Shown: positions 17,726 through 28,640 of the stretch, piece after piece
Position numbering within the stretch: the stretch's first letter is position 1
Layout: each line of letters starts with the position of its first letter
Assembly: GCA_023667245.1 (NCBI GenBank)
Contig: JAMPAL010000003.1
Span: 34,173-98,172, forward strand
Direction: 5' to 3'
Source: Anaeroplasma bactoclasticum
Lineage (GTDB): Bacteria; Bacillota_I; Bacilli_A; ML615J-28; CAG-313
Length of the DNA: 64,000 bases
Program-made: the position numbers and the translations under genes
The notes under the pieces: model-generated
What the model saw: the letters and a program-made list of their open reading frames with translations, nothing else
What the model was told of the DNA's origin: nothing
The model's database searches: none

Positions 17726-19271
17726 TTGCCTTTTCCTCCATTTCTTCATAATCAATTGTAAATTCAATAATAGGTTCTAATTCAGCCATTACATAATGCG
17801 ATTTCATTCTAGTCTTCCACTTATACACTAAGCCTACAATTTGGATAACGACAAGCGGTGTCATCGCAACAAGAGCAACTACGCCAAATCCATTAGTCAA
17901 CATCTTTGTCTCAAAATGACTTGTTCCTTCATAAATAGCAAGGCAGGCACCACTTGCAAGTGGTAATAAAAAAGTCGCTGTAAGTGGTCCTGAAGCAACA
18001 CCACCTGAGTCAAAGGCAATTGCAGTGAAAATTTTAGGAACGAAAAACATTAACCCAATGGCAATCACATATCCAGGAATTAAAATATACCAAATACTAT
18101 AATCGAAAATAACCCTTGACATTGCAAGACCAACCGATATAGCAACGCCTGCTGCTAAACTATATAACATTGTTTTTTTGGAAATAGCACCACTTGTAAT
18201 TTCTTCTACTTGTTTATTTAACACATGAACGGCAGGTTCTGCCATCACAACAAAAAATCCCATAATCATACCGAGTGGTATCAATATGTATTTTAACTGC
18301 GTGGCACCTACTGTTTTACCCAATAAAGTTGCAACAGGCATAAATCCAATATGTGCGCCTGTTAGAAATATGACTAAACCAATATAAGTATAAAGTAAAC
18401 CGATAAATATTTTGATGATATTTTTCTTACTATCTTTAATTAAAATCATTTCAAAAACAACTACACAAGCAATAATGGGTAAGATGGCTAGAGCAATTTC
18501 CCCTATCATACTTACCAATTGATGGCCAAATCCTGTACTAAAATCATGAAATGTTTGATATGCTATAACATCTGATGTACTTACATTTGGATTTCTAAAA
18601 AATAATCCTAGTATCAAAACCATAAGTACTGGACCAACAGAACAAAAAGAAACAAGTCCAAATGAATCATCTTTCGAGGCATTATCACCACGAGCTCCTG
18701 CTACACCTAGTCCAAGTGCAAGTATGAAAGGAACTGTCATAGGACCTGTAGTCACACCACCAGAATCAAAGGCCACTGCAATAAATTCACTTGGTACAAA
18801 AATAGCAACTAAAAAAACGATCCCATACAATATGATAAGCAAAACATTCAATTGAATTTGTAATACTATACGCAATAGTGCTAAAGCAAGGAAAAGCCCT
18901 ACTCCAAGTGCTACACATAAAATCAAAACTAGTGGTGGAATTGTGCTTTTCATTTGATCTGCTAGTACCATCAAATCTGGTTCTGCAATAGTGATAATCA
19001 AACCAATCGCTGCAGTTACTCCGACCAAAAGAAGCAAATTCTTTTTTTTCGTGATATAACTGCCGACTTGCTCACCCATTTTCATCATCGAGGCATCGGC
19101 ACCAAGATTGAAAAAACTAAGCCCAAAAATCAACATAATAGCGCCTATGACAAAGGCAAAAATCGTCCATCCTGGAAGCTTAAAGCAAAAACATAAAATC
19201 AGTACAATCACCGTTATGGGCAAAACAGCCAACAAAGATTCTTTGATTTTTTCAAGCAATGCTTTTTTCAT
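17718..19271 (-). CDS. DUF1538-like polytopic membrane protein (internally duplicated; putative transporter partnered with PII-like proteins)
   Basis: 517 aa, about 14 TM helices, two homologous halves each carrying AIAFDSGGV(T/A)(T/S)GP(M/L)T. I recall DUF1538 genes characteristically sitting next to PII-like genes. Confidence 0.55.
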   Translation of the reverse strand: MKKALLEKIKESLLAVLPITVIVLILCFCFKLPGWTIFAFVIGAIMLIFGLSFFNLGADASMMKMGEQVGSYITKKKNLLLLVGVTAAIGLIITIAEPDLMVLADQMKSTIPPLVLILCVALGVGLFLALALLRIVLQIQLNVLLIILYGIVFLVAIFVPSEFIAVAFDSGGVTTGPMTVPFILALGLGVAGARGDNASKDDSFGLVSFCSVGPVLMVLILGLFFRNPNVSTSDVIAYQTFHDFSTGFGHQLVSMIGEIALAILPIIACVVVFEMILIKDSKKNIIKIFIGLLYTYIGLVIFLTGAHIGFMPVATLLGKTVGATQLKYILIPLGMIMGFFVVMAEPAVHVLNKQVEEITSGAISKKTMLYSLAAGVAISVGLAMSRVIFDYSIWYILIPGYVIAIGLMFFVPKIFTAIAFDSGGVASGPLTATFLLPLASGACLAIYEGTSHFETKMLTNGFGVVALVAMTPLVVIQIVGLVYKWKTRMKSHYVMAELEPIIEFTIDYEEMEEKANE

Positions 19272-19421
19272 CTCTCACCACCTCTTTCTTTCGATGATAT
19301 GAAAAAAAGGCATTACTGCCTCTTTATTTGACAGACTCCACCATTTTTTCATATTCAATTGATACGTTTCTCTCTATATTTTTACATATTAGGGAGTATA
19401 AATTTATTTTAACATTTTTTT

Positions 19422-20963
19422 TTATTTCTGTAAAGAAATTGATTCACTATTTTTTGTGTAGCTAACAAGTAACATATAATTCCCTTGTTCATAATACATT
19501 GCCGCAAGATATTGCCCATCTTCTAATGCACAAATTGTATATAAATCGCATGTATCATCATAAGTATACCCCGATTGGGTCAATACGGTTTTGACTTCTG
19601 TAGCAATGGAGAAAAAAGGAAAATCTGGTGCATCAATTTGTTTTGTACTCCATGCGGTACTTGATTTTGCATCTGTAAGAAATGCTTGATGCTCCTTCTC
19701 TTTCCCAAAGACAATTACATCAATTTGCTTTCTTGTGTAATTTTGTTCTTGGTGTATTACAGTATCTTCTTTCGTATTGCGATATACGGTATAATATGTA
19801 TCAGGCATATTGATTTCAGTCATAGATTCAATTTTTTCATAAGCCACTTTGTCATTTGCTTTTACACAAGTTGCAAGGCTCATCGTAGCATATCCCGCTA
19901 ACAACAAGCAAATTCCTATCATGACAATACCTGTAATGATATTCTTTTTTCTCTTCATTTTATACTTTTTATTCAAAATTATGCCAAAGATAATCGACAC
20001 AATCGGAAATAGCAATGCAATTCCATAGGTCAACCAATATAAAGTAAGCGTTGTATCCTTGGTAAATAATTCTATTATGGTGGAAACAATCGCTATCCCC
20101 ATAATAGCCAGTGCCATAAAAACCCATGATAATATATCCATACTTCTTGGTAGAGTGGCCTCATTTTTTTCTTTCTTTAATGCCATATAGTCTACATAAT
20201 TTTGACTATTTGGTTTCATTTTTTCTTTCACTTGTGAAAATGATCCATTTTGAAAATCATTTTTATCAATGACCATAATCGTTCGTTGGTCTTTCACACA
20301 AGAAGAAATCAAATATTTATTATTTTCTACAGAAAGTAAAAATTCATTATAATAAAAAGTAGTTTGTGTTGTTTCATCTGGTTTAGATACATCCATATGA
20401 TCTTGATAATAGGTATAAATCCTTGTTTGTCCCACAAATTCCTCTACCCAATTCGCCTTTAGTCTTTTGTACTGGCGTGCCTTTTGAATAAAGCGAAAAA
20501 TAAAAATCACCGAAACCAATAATGAGATGATACCCAGTACTTTTAGAGTGCCAAAGTAAAAAAACAATCCCCACACCACATAAATCAAACACGAAAATAG
20601 ATTAGCAATCACAAAATTGCGATAATCTCGTTTAAAAATTTCATCAAACACATTGGGTGTATAGGTGATTTGAGACTGAGCAAAAGGCGTTTCTTGTACA
20701 TTTTCTTCTTGTATATGATTGTCTTCCTCTATAATTTCTGTCGTTTGATGCACATATGTTTTTCGATCGATACGAAAACTAAATGTATCCATAGGAACAT
20801 CAAATACCTGTGCAAGAGCCAATTTTTTATCTAATGATGGCTCTAATTCATTGGATTCATACTTTGCTACATTTTCTACACTATCTTGAATCAAAGATGC
20901 TAGTTCTTCTATAGTCATCTGTTTTGATTCACGCAAAGTCTGAATATTACTACCTATATTCAT
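19422..20963 (-). CDS. membrane-anchored XRE-family helix-turn-helix transcriptional regulator
   Basis: The N-terminal 60 aa (IQTLRESKQMTIEELASLIQDSVENVAKYESNELEPSLDKKLALAQVFDVPMDTF) form an XRE/Cro-type HTH. Several TM helices follow (about aa 120-175 and 280-365), with extracytoplasmic domains between them. Confidence 0.6.
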   Translation of the reverse strand: MNIGSNIQTLRESKQMTIEELASLIQDSVENVAKYESNELEPSLDKKLALAQVFDVPMDTFSFRIDRKTYVHQTTEIIEEDNHIQEENVQETPFAQSQITYTPNVFDEIFKRDYRNFVIANLFSCLIYVVWGLFFYFGTLKVLGIISLLVSVIFIFRFIQKARQYKRLKANWVEEFVGQTRIYTYYQDHMDVSKPDETTQTTFYYNEFLLSVENNKYLISSCVKDQRTIMVIDKNDFQNGSFSQVKEKMKPNSQNYVDYMALKKEKNEATLPRSMDILSWVFMALAIMGIAIVSTIIELFTKDTTLTLYWLTYGIALLFPIVSIIFGIILNKKYKMKRKKNIITGIVMIGICLLLAGYATMSLATCVKANDKVAYEKIESMTEINMPDTYYTVYRNTKEDTVIHQEQNYTRKQIDVIVFGKEKEHQAFLTDAKSSTAWSTKQIDAPDFPFFSIATEVKTVLTQSGYTYDDTCDLYTICALEDGQYLAAMYYEQGNYMLLVSYTKNSESISLQK

Positions 20964-21072
20964 AAAATACCTCCCGTTTTAATTTTTCCCCTATTTTGTA
21001 TTATACCATAAGAACTATTTTTTTATCGTGAAATTACTATGAAAAAATAATGAAATTTTAAAAAGGAGGATT

Positions 21073-23226
21073 TTACTCCTCCTTTTGTTTCAAACTTGTG
21101 TACATTGCATTGACCAAAATACCTGTATCATGATCATTATAGTCTTGCGTTAAATCCCAACACATTAGACCTCCTAGACCATGAGCTTTTACATAGTTAC
21201 ACTTAGCCTCAATGCTTCTTTCATTATCATAAGAATAAAACATACCTGCCCGAATAATATAAGCTGCTTCTGCTTGCTCATCATACTGTTCTACATAGGT
21301 AGAATCATTCAAAATTAATTCTTTCAATTTTGCAAAAGAAAGCGCATTTGTCCCCATTGATGTCGAAAGAGAGGCTGATAAATTTTGATTAACAACACTC
21401 GCAAAGGTTCCCCTTCTAGCATAAAAGGCAGCACCGGGGATGATTTTATCCACATCTACTCTCGTTTTCATAAACTCTACTGCGCTACTCATACTAGATG
21501 AAGCGTTTACACGATATAATGCTGAATCATGATAGGCTGTATTGCCCATTGCATAGTCATAAGTCATTACATTGAAAATATCCACATATTGATTGAGTGT
21601 TCTAAAGTCAAAAAAAGTATCACTTGTTGTAACTGCTATACTTAAAATCAAGTCTTTCCGATAAGCATTCATTGCTTGTTTTAATTCTTCACAAAATAAA
21701 TTCAAGTTTTGTCTATCTTCTTTATTTGAACCGATTCCTGCTACGCTACTCGTTGGATATTCCCAGTCAATATCAATGCCATCAAATTGATACTGCTTGA
21801 GTGTATTCATAATGGATTGAACCAGTTTGCTTCTTCCTTCCTTGGTCAGCATTGCTTCACTAAAGCCACCTGCTCCCCATCCTCCAATAGCAATACCAAC
21901 TCGAACGCCTTGTTGACGATAAGATAAAACCTGTCGAACAGCAGTAAGATTAGGTAATACAAGTTCACCATTTTGGATGCTTGCAAATGAAAAATTGATA
22001 TAATCTAATTGTTCAATTGAAGTACTTGGTAAGCGGAAGGCTCCGTTATAGTCATACAAATATCCACTGACGATACTCCCCTTGTTTAGGGGCTTTAATT
22101 CTATTTTAGGTACAATTGTATGAAATTTCAATTCAAAAATTTGTGTATCCTTTAATACTTGCACAGTTATGTCAACCTCACAATCTACAATTTGCCTTGT
22201 CACCAAGCCATTAGCAGAAATTACATCTTCATTGGATGATTGCCAAACCAATGTTGCCAGCGAATCTTCTATGTGTTCTAAGAAAACCAAATCACTTGAA
22301 GTGACTTCTGGAACTAAATCCATTAGATACCTTTCTAATGTATTTTGGTTCATATCCCATCCAGCGGTAAAAACCATATTATAGTGAATGGGGGTAGTAA
22401 AATCAAATAATTCTCCTAAATAATACCATCCAACAAAAGTGTATCCTTCTTTTGTAGGTGATTGAGGTTCTTCTAAGATTGTACCATAAGCCACCTGAAA
22501 ACCATCTATTGTATCTTCTGTATGCGTAATCCATTCTACTCCAAACATTTTCAATTCCCAAACTGCTGTTAAAGTCATATCTGTTTCTACTACACTATCG
22601 AAATCATAGCGTTCACCATCTTTTTCCCAATACAAAAAAGTATATCCCGGATTCAAAAGGGCATTGGGTTGATAGACTTTATTTCCTTTTTCAACAATCT
22701 GATTCCTAACCACTTTGTCACACATTGTATCAAACTGAATTAAATAACTAGTCTGTTCCCATTCCGCAATCAGTTTCATATCTTGTTGTACTTCCAAGAC
22801 TGAATCTACAAATTCCCCTTTGTATTTCCAACCTAGAAATGCACATCTTTCTTTAGTTGGTGTGGGTAGAATAATCGTTTCATGTAAGGTAGCTTGAAGA
22901 ACAATATCTGCTTCACCATTTTGACTTTGTAAAGTAATGGTATATTGTTTTTCTTCAAATCGTGCAATTAAAGCAAAATTGGTTTGAACATCACGCTCAA
23001 AATCATACAATTCATCTTCTAGATACCAACCTAAGAAATGATATCCTTCTTTCACAGGATCAAGTGGTTTTTCCACTTTTCCTTGTTTTTTTACTTCTAC
23101 TTGATGTATGCATATATCATCTACAAAAAAATGTACCTCATATGTCTTACGACATCCTACTAAACACAATAAGCAAAATACAATCCCCCCCCATAATGCA
23201 AAACTTCTTTTTTTTGTCATTTTCAA
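21073..23226 (-). CDS. secreted lipoprotein with List-Bact repeats and a C-terminal glycoside hydrolase family 18 (chitinase-like) domain
   Basis: Lipobox LCLVGC. Four GYxFLGWY-type repeats. The GH18 catalytic motif FDGIDIDWEYP (DxxDxDxE) and GGWG blocks are present. Confidence 0.75.
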   Translation of the reverse strand: MKMTKKRSFALWGGIVFCLLCLVGCRKTYEVHFFVDDICIHQVEVKKQGKVEKPLDPVKEGYHFLGWYLEDELYDFERDVQTNFALIARFEEKQYTITLQSQNGEADIVLQATLHETIILPTPTKERCAFLGWKYKGEFVDSVLEVQQDMKLIAEWEQTSYLIQFDTMCDKVVRNQIVEKGNKVYQPNALLNPGYTFLYWEKDGERYDFDSVVETDMTLTAVWELKMFGVEWITHTEDTIDGFQVAYGTILEEPQSPTKEGYTFVGWYYLGELFDFTTPIHYNMVFTAGWDMNQNTLERYLMDLVPEVTSSDLVFLEHIEDSLATLVWQSSNEDVISANGLVTRQIVDCEVDITVQVLKDTQIFELKFHTIVPKIELKPLNKGSIVSGYLYDYNGAFRLPSTSIEQLDYINFSFASIQNGELVLPNLTAVRQVLSYRQQGVRVGIAIGGWGAGGFSEAMLTKEGRSKLVQSIMNTLKQYQFDGIDIDWEYPTSSVAGIGSNKEDRQNLNLFCEELKQAMNAYRKDLILSIAVTTSDTFFDFRTLNQYVDIFNVMTYDYAMGNTAYHDSALYRVNASSSMSSAVEFMKTRVDVDKIIPGAAFYARRGTFASVVNQNLSASLSTSMGTNALSFAKLKELILNDSTYVEQYDEQAEAAYIIRAGMFYSYDNERSIEAKCNYVKAHGLGGLMCWDLTQDYNDHDTGILVNAMYTSLKQKEE

Positions 23227-23753
23227 TCTATTAACCTTTCTATAAATTGTTTGGCACTAGAGCGTGTCTTAAATATTTTCACATCGACTTGTGGATACTG
23301 GCTAATCACTTGCATCAAAGCAGGATAATAAACTGTCTTAAATGATTTTGCCCAATCTACTAGGTCTTGATAAGATCGATTGAATGCATCTTTACATCCC
23401 ATTCCAAGATCTTTTCTTTTGAAAAATTGTCCCTTTAAAGTTCGCCAAAATACACCTCTAATGCAAATTTTTGTGGGGATATCTAGCATAATAACCAAAT
23501 CAGCCCGTTCTAAGCGAAGTGGTAAAGTTTCAATATAATTGCCTTCAATTACCCACTTATCTTCAGATACAAATTTAGCGATTTTTTCCTCCCATATTTG
23601 ATGTTTTGGACGTGTCCAATTGGGTAACCAATATTCTTTATCTAGATGATAAACTAATATTTCTGTCTTTTTTTGAATACTATTGGCTAGGGTCGTTTTT
23701 CCAGATCCAATAGATCCCAGGATTAGTATTCTTTCATATTTCTTATTTTGCAT
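23223..23753 (-). CDS. FlaR-like topology modulation protein / P-loop NMP-kinase-fold ATPase
   Basis: 176 aa: RILILGSIGSGKTTLANSIQKKTEILVYHLDKEYWLPNW...WVIEGNY...ADLVIMLDIP aligns along its whole length with Bacillus FlaR/topology modulation proteins. Confidence 0.7.
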   Translation of the reverse strand: MQNKKYERILILGSIGSGKTTLANSIQKKTEILVYHLDKEYWLPNWTRPKHQIWEEKIAKFVSEDKWVIEGNYIETLPLRLERADLVIMLDIPTKICIRGVFWRTLKGQFFKRKDLGMGCKDAFNRSYQDLVDWAKSFKTVYYPALMQVISQYPQVDVKIFKTRSSAKQFIERLID

Positions 23754-23894
23754 CGTCTACTCCATCCTTTGTTATTTTTTGATTATACTATAAATCCCTT
23801 TTTTTTGCAATAGATAAACAATAGCAGTATTTGCCTATTGATATTTCACGTGGTAATCTTTTTTATGATAAATGAAAACTACATAACCTAAAAA

Positions 23895-23930
23895 AAGATA
23901 TATTTTCTCCATCAAAAATATATCTTTTTA
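23895..23930 (-). terminator. rho-independent terminator of pheST
   Basis: Inverted repeat aagatatatttt / aaaatatatctt, followed on the minus strand by UUUUUUU. Confidence 0.65.
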
Positions 23931-23948
23931 AATGATCCTATTTTGCCA

Positions 23949-26357
23949 TTAAGCTCTAAGCGTAATCTGGTAGCGATATTCTAGTGATTTTAAAATACGT
24001 TTGATTTTAGAAGAAATAATTTCATCTGTCAAAGTTTCATCTGATTCTAATGTAATCCTTACAGCAACACTCTTTTTACTAGGTTCTATTTTATCTCCTA
24101 TATACAAATCAAATACTTGCACTTTTGAAATCATTTTATCACTTTTTCGAATGGCCTCTAAAATCTCTCCAACGGGTTGCTTGATATCCATTACAAGTGC
24201 CAAATCACGTTCAACAGATGGTACTTTAGAAATAGCTTGGAAAGGCACTACTGCTAATGTATCTTCAAGAAGAGTATCTAATAAGATTTCAAATACATAA
24301 CTTTCTCCAAGATCATACTCTTTGGCATATTTTGGATGTAACTCACCCATAAATCCAATGACTTGATTGCGATACATAAGGAGAGCTGTACGCTTTGGAT
24401 GCATTTCTGAACTAGGTACATCTAATCCTTTATATTGGACTTGAACACGTAAATTGGCAAACATACGCTCTAATATACCTTTGACATAGAAAAAATCAAC
24501 TGTTTTGTTTTCACTAGCCCAAGGATGATTAGGCACTACACCATTCATTATACCTGATACAACCGTTTCCTCAAACGTATCTTCACCAATACGATAATAC
24601 TTTTTGCCAATTTCAAAAAAGGCATTATCCATTATTTTTCTAGCACGATTATATTTTACAACTTCAACTAAACTAGAAATCAAACTTTTTCGAAGTACCG
24701 CATGTTCTTCACTCATCGGATGGTTCAATTCAATTGTTGTTTCATTTTCTTTTTGCAAAAGGCCAAAAGCCTCTACCTTTTTGGGGTGAATCAAACTATA
24801 TGTTATCACTTCATTCCATCCCATATCTTTAAGCGTATGACGAACAATTCGTCTTGCTTTTTGATGCATTGTAAGCCCACCACTCACATTCATTAACGGA
24901 AGCGTTTCTTGCAATTGGTCATACCCATATATTCGGGCAATCTCTTCTACTAAATCTTGTTGAATAGTGATATCCAATCTTCTATTGGGTACACTCACTT
25001 TCAATTGTTCATTTTCTATAGCAACACCAAAAGAAAGGGATTCGCATATCGTTTTCATTTTCAAAAGAGGAATGTTTATACCCAAATAATGCTCAACATA
25101 AGCAGGTGTAATGGTAAATACTTTATCCTCAATATGACTCACCCCTTGGTGAATATATCCTTTCAATACTGTACCACCTGCATATTGTTCTAGCAAATAA
25201 CAAGCATAATCGAGTGCTTCTAGTGATTGATTCAAGTCTACACCTCTTTCATAGCGAATGCTTGCCTCGCTACGTAATCCCAATCTTGAAGATGTTTTAC
25301 GAATACTCAGTGGTCGAAATACAGCCGACTCTAAAACAACATTCACTGTTTTTTCTGTCACTTCTGTATTGTTTGATCCCATTACCCCCGCAATACAAAC
25401 TGGTTTTTCTCCGTCTGTAATCACGATATCACTATGTGTCAATGTACGTTCAATTTGATCGAGTGTAATGGTTTTCTCACCCTCTTTTGCACGCCTAACT
25501 ACAATACGATGCCCCAATTGATCTTGGTCAAATGCATGAAGCGGTTGACCAAATAACATCAAAATATAATTGGTAATATCCACGACATTATTGATGGGAC
25601 GAATGCCACTTGCAATTAAACGCGCTTTGATAAAAGTAGGTGATTCTTGAATGACTACATTTTTAACGACCCTAGCATAATACGAATAGCAATTACTTGT
25701 TTCTAGTGACACGCTCAGTTCGTCTTCTGTTTTTTGAGAATCTTCATGGAGCGTATAAGAAAGAGGAATCTCTTCTACTTGATACATGGCTTTGACATCT
25801 TTTGCAACACCTTTCATTGAAAGAAGATCCATCCGGTTAGGTGTCAGTCCTAGTTCAATTACATCATCATCCAATCCCAAGTAAGTAAGAGCATTCGTAC
25901 CTGGAATAGCATCTTCACCGAGCACATAAATACCGTGAGCAAACGCACTTGGAATGTATTTGGCATCTAATCCCAATTCTTGTAAAGAGCAAATCATTCC
26001 ATTCGATTCTACACCACGAATAACCGATTTCTTGATTGTTCCTCCTGGTAAAACGGCACCAGGCAAGGCTACAATCACGTGTTGGCCTTCTTCTACATTG
26101 GGCGCACCACAAACAATCTGTAAATCATAGTCACCAAAATGAACTTGACATACATTCAAGTGATCTGAATTTTCATGTTTGCGTTTTTCTTTTACATATC
26201 CTACTACTAGATTTGTAGCTTGAATCAATTTGGAAAACGATTCAACTTCAACACTATATAATGACATTTCTTCCGCAAGTTTTTCTGCGGGAACATTTAA
26301 TTGTATAAGTTCTTTTAACCAATTGTATGATACAATCATATTATCTATCTCCCTCAA
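23949..26357 (-). CDS. pheT: phenylalanine--tRNA ligase beta subunit
   Basis: 802 aa with an N-terminal tRNA-binding domain, B3/B4, B5 and a C-terminal anticodon-binding region. It overlaps the pheS stop, as usual for pheST. Confidence 0.95.
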   Translation of the reverse strand: MREIDNMIVSYNWLKELIQLNVPAEKLAEEMSLYSVEVESFSKLIQATNLVVGYVKEKRKHENSDHLNVCQVHFGDYDLQIVCGAPNVEEGQHVIVALPGAVLPGGTIKKSVIRGVESNGMICSLQELGLDAKYIPSAFAHGIYVLGEDAIPGTNALTYLGLDDDVIELGLTPNRMDLLSMKGVAKDVKAMYQVEEIPLSYTLHEDSQKTEDELSVSLETSNCYSYYARVVKNVVIQESPTFIKARLIASGIRPINNVVDITNYILMLFGQPLHAFDQDQLGHRIVVRRAKEGEKTITLDQIERTLTHSDIVITDGEKPVCIAGVMGSNNTEVTEKTVNVVLESAVFRPLSIRKTSSRLGLRSEASIRYERGVDLNQSLEALDYACYLLEQYAGGTVLKGYIHQGVSHIEDKVFTITPAYVEHYLGINIPLLKMKTICESLSFGVAIENEQLKVSVPNRRLDITIQQDLVEEIARIYGYDQLQETLPLMNVSGGLTMHQKARRIVRHTLKDMGWNEVITYSLIHPKKVEAFGLLQKENETTIELNHPMSEEHAVLRKSLISSLVEVVKYNRARKIMDNAFFEIGKKYYRIGEDTFEETVVSGIMNGVVPNHPWASENKTVDFFYVKGILERMFANLRVQVQYKGLDVPSSEMHPKRTALLMYRNQVIGFMGELHPKYAKEYDLGESYVFEILLDTLLEDTLAVVPFQAISKVPSVERDLALVMDIKQPVGEILEAIRKSDKMISKVQVFDLYIGDKIEPSKKSVAVRITLESDETLTDEIISSKIKRILKSLEYRYQITLRA

Positions 26358-27375
26358 ATTGTTTTAAAAATCGGTAATCATTGGTATAAAAATGTCGAAT
26401 ATCATCAATACCATATCTAAGCATTGTAATTCGTTCAATTCCCGCACCAAAAGCAAATCCTTGGTAAATTTCAGGATCATATCCACAAGCTTTGAGTACA
26501 TGAGGATGTACCATTCCGGCACCAAGAACTTCAATCCACCCAGTGTGTTTACACATTGGGCACCCCTTTCCACCACATTTAAAGCAGCTTACATCTACTT
26601 CTACGCTTGGTTCAGTAAAAGGAAAATACGATGGTTTAAACCGAATACGCCTGTTTTCACCAAACATTTTTTTCATCAACAAACTCAGTGTTCCTTTTAA
26701 ATCAGACATCGTAATATGCTTATCTACAACAAGACCCTCAAATTGCGTAAACTGATGAGAATGTGTTGCATCATCATCATCACGGCGATATACTTTACCA
26801 GGGCATACAATTTTTACTGGTTTTCCTCCTGCTTCTAGTAGAGTTCTTGCCTGAACTGGCGAGGTTTGAGTACGCATAAGCACATTCTCATTGATATAAA
26901 ATGAATCTTGCATATCGCGAGCAGGATGCCCTTTGGGCACATTGAGCATTTCAAAATTAAATACATCTACTTCTACTTCTGGCCCTTCAGCAATACTATA
27001 TCCCATGCCAATAAAAATATCTTCTAATTCCTCAATGACTTGATTGAGAGGGTGAATGGTTCCCTTTTTAAAACTATATCCAGGTAGCGTTACATCTATT
27101 TCCTCTTTTTCAAGTTGGGCATTGACAATAGCTTCTTCTAATGCCATACGCTTAGCCATAACCGCCGTTTCAATAGCTTGTTTCACTTGATTTGATGCTG
27201 CACCTAGCGTTTTTTTCTCTTCAATAGTCGCTGTAGCAAGACCCTTCATAATCTCAGCGAGCGGGCTTTTTTTACCCGTATAGTAAGACCTAATTTCGTT
27301 TAATTCAAGCATTGTCTTTGCTTGTTCAATTTTCGTTAATGCTTCTTGTTGAATGTTTTCCAACTGATGACTCAT
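26341..27375 (-). CDS. pheS: phenylalanine--tRNA ligase alpha subunit
   Basis: 344 aa with class II aaRS motifs ([30 protein letters not shown]). Confidence 0.95.
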   Translation of the reverse strand: MSHQLENIQQEALTKIEQAKTMLELNEIRSYYTGKKSPLAEIMKGLATATIEEKKTLGAASNQVKQAIETAVMAKRMALEEAIVNAQLEKEEIDVTLPGYSFKKGTIHPLNQVIEELEDIFIGMGYSIAEGPEVEVDVFNFEMLNVPKGHPARDMQDSFYINENVLMRTQTSPVQARTLLEAGGKPVKIVCPGKVYRRDDDDATHSHQFTQFEGLVVDKHITMSDLKGTLSLLMKKMFGENRRIRFKPSYFPFTEPSVEVDVSCFKCGGKGCPMCKHTGWIEVLGAGMVHPHVLKACGYDPEIYQGFAFGAGIERITMLRYGIDDIRHFYTNDYRFLKQFEGDR

Positions 27376-27379
27376 ACAT

Positions 27380-27640
27380 TTCCTCCTTAAAAATAAAAAA
27401 TGCCCTCTTCCTCATAAAGGACGAAAGCATGCCGTGGTACCACCTTAATTCGAGAAATATCCATTATTTCTCCTCTATATCTATTAACGCTAGATAGACG
27501 GGCTTTCTTAGGGCCACTCCTGGGTGAACTTCAATTATCGTCATGCTTAAACTTGCTTTCAGTCTATGACAAGTTCTCCCTAAAAGACGCCCAATAATCT
27601 ACTCTTCCAATCAATGATTTATATCTATATATGATTTACT
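27380..27640 (-). promoter_or_regulatory. T-box riboswitch leader of pheST (expected Phe specifier)
   Basis: The minus-strand RNA contains the T-box consensus AAUUAAGGUGGUACCACGG (complement of 27431-27450), overlapping an intrinsic terminator AUGCUUUCGUCC...GGAAGAGGGCAU + UUUUUU just upstream of the pheS RBS. Confidence 0.8.
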
Positions 27641-27682
27641 TTATTATTATACACCATTTTTTTAGTTTATAAAAGTTATTTG

Positions 27683-28510
27683 CTAGGAATTCTCTTGATA
27701 ATGTTTATTTTTTACATTTTTATCTTTGATTCTTTGGTATAAAAAATATATACCTTGAATGCTAAAAAATAAAATCGTCGCTGCAAGAATAATACCCAAT
27801 ACATAACAAGCCAAAAAAACATACCAATTGGTCTTTTCCCAAATTGTAGATAAGACAAGAACAGTACTTTTATAATAGGGACTAATAAAGAACATATTGA
27901 ATGTATCGGTTAGTTGATATTTGACTTTAAATTGCTCAAATACAATATCCATTGTGAGGGCTATAGCCGTAATCACCAAAAAGACAAGGGTACCAGGATA
28001 TACTTCTTTGTATTGTTTTCCAAAATGATATGCCCCTATTAAATAACAAGCTAAAACAACCATTGTACTATGCCAAATCAAAGATTGCATGGTAATGGTG
28101 ACTTCGGTACTCATCACTGTTTTTGGAAAAACCAAAACGGAAAAACCTCCTAAAAAACCATAAAAAGCAAGAAAGGAAAAAACAAACTTTCTTCCTTGAT
28201 GAGGAAGGAAGGGGGCTATCAAACAAAAGTAAAGTGGAGTAGAGCAAAATTGAAAAGGAAAAATGGACCATTTATACCCGTCTCTTTTTTCAAATACATG
28301 AAAAAACAATTGTTTATACAATTCTAAGCAAAAAAAGAAAATCCCAAAAGCAAATACAACCTTTTTGATTGCATTTGTGGATGAATGCTTCCCCCATTTT
28401 AAAAATAGTATTGAAAAAATGATAGTCCATACACAAATCACTATATGTGCAATACCATATCCTTGATGAGTGGGATTGGGCCAAGAAAAAATATTTTCAA
28501 GCAGATTCAT
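27683..28510 (-). CDS. polytopic integral membrane protein (YwaF/TIGR02206-like, uncertain)
   Basis: About 275 aa and 7-8 TM helices; start taken at MNLLENIFSW. No catalytic motif identified. Confidence 0.4.
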   Translation of the reverse strand: MNLLENIFSWPNPTHQGYGIAHIVICVWTIIFSILFLKWGKHSSTNAIKKVVFAFGIFFFCLELYKQLFFHVFEKRDGYKWSIFPFQFCSTPLYFCLIAPFLPHQGRKFVFSFLAFYGFLGGFSVLVFPKTVMSTEVTITMQSLIWHSTMVVLACYLIGAYHFGKQYKEVYPGTLVFLVITAIALTMDIVFEQFKVKYQLTDTFNMFFISPYYKSTVLVLSTIWEKTNWYVFLACYVLGIILAATILFFSIQGIYFLYQRIKDKNVKNKHYQENS

Positions 28511-28640
28511 ATGACACCTTCTTCCTAACAATCACTAATGATGCTATATCATACCATAAACTCACCAATTTCGTCAATCATTTCATACCCCATAAAAAAG
28601 AAAATCGCCTGTTAATCAACAGGTTCATTTCTTTTGTTCA

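Noticed and set aside
17718-17767. Longer start (MNLQLIMKKW...) for the first PII-like gene, overlapping 50 nt of the DUF1538 gene
   Set aside because: The internal ATG at 17725 has a GGAGG RBS at proper spacing and gives a PII-sized protein. The longer start has no RBS.
19303-19327. Terminator downstream of the HTH-membrane gene
   Set aside because: The hairpin is only 5 bp (aggca/tgcct) before the U-run. It is too weak to call confidently, so read-through into the DUF1538 operon cannot be excluded.
26364-26755. ORFs 26364-26576 (minus), 26392-26700 (plus) and 26543-26755 (plus)
   Set aside because: All are nested inside the well-supported pheS coding sequence in other frames or strands.
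28511-28531. Extended start MLGRRCH for the YwaF-like membrane protein
   Set aside because: The downstream Met (MNLLEN) begins the conserved hydrophobic core. The extension is short and unsupported.
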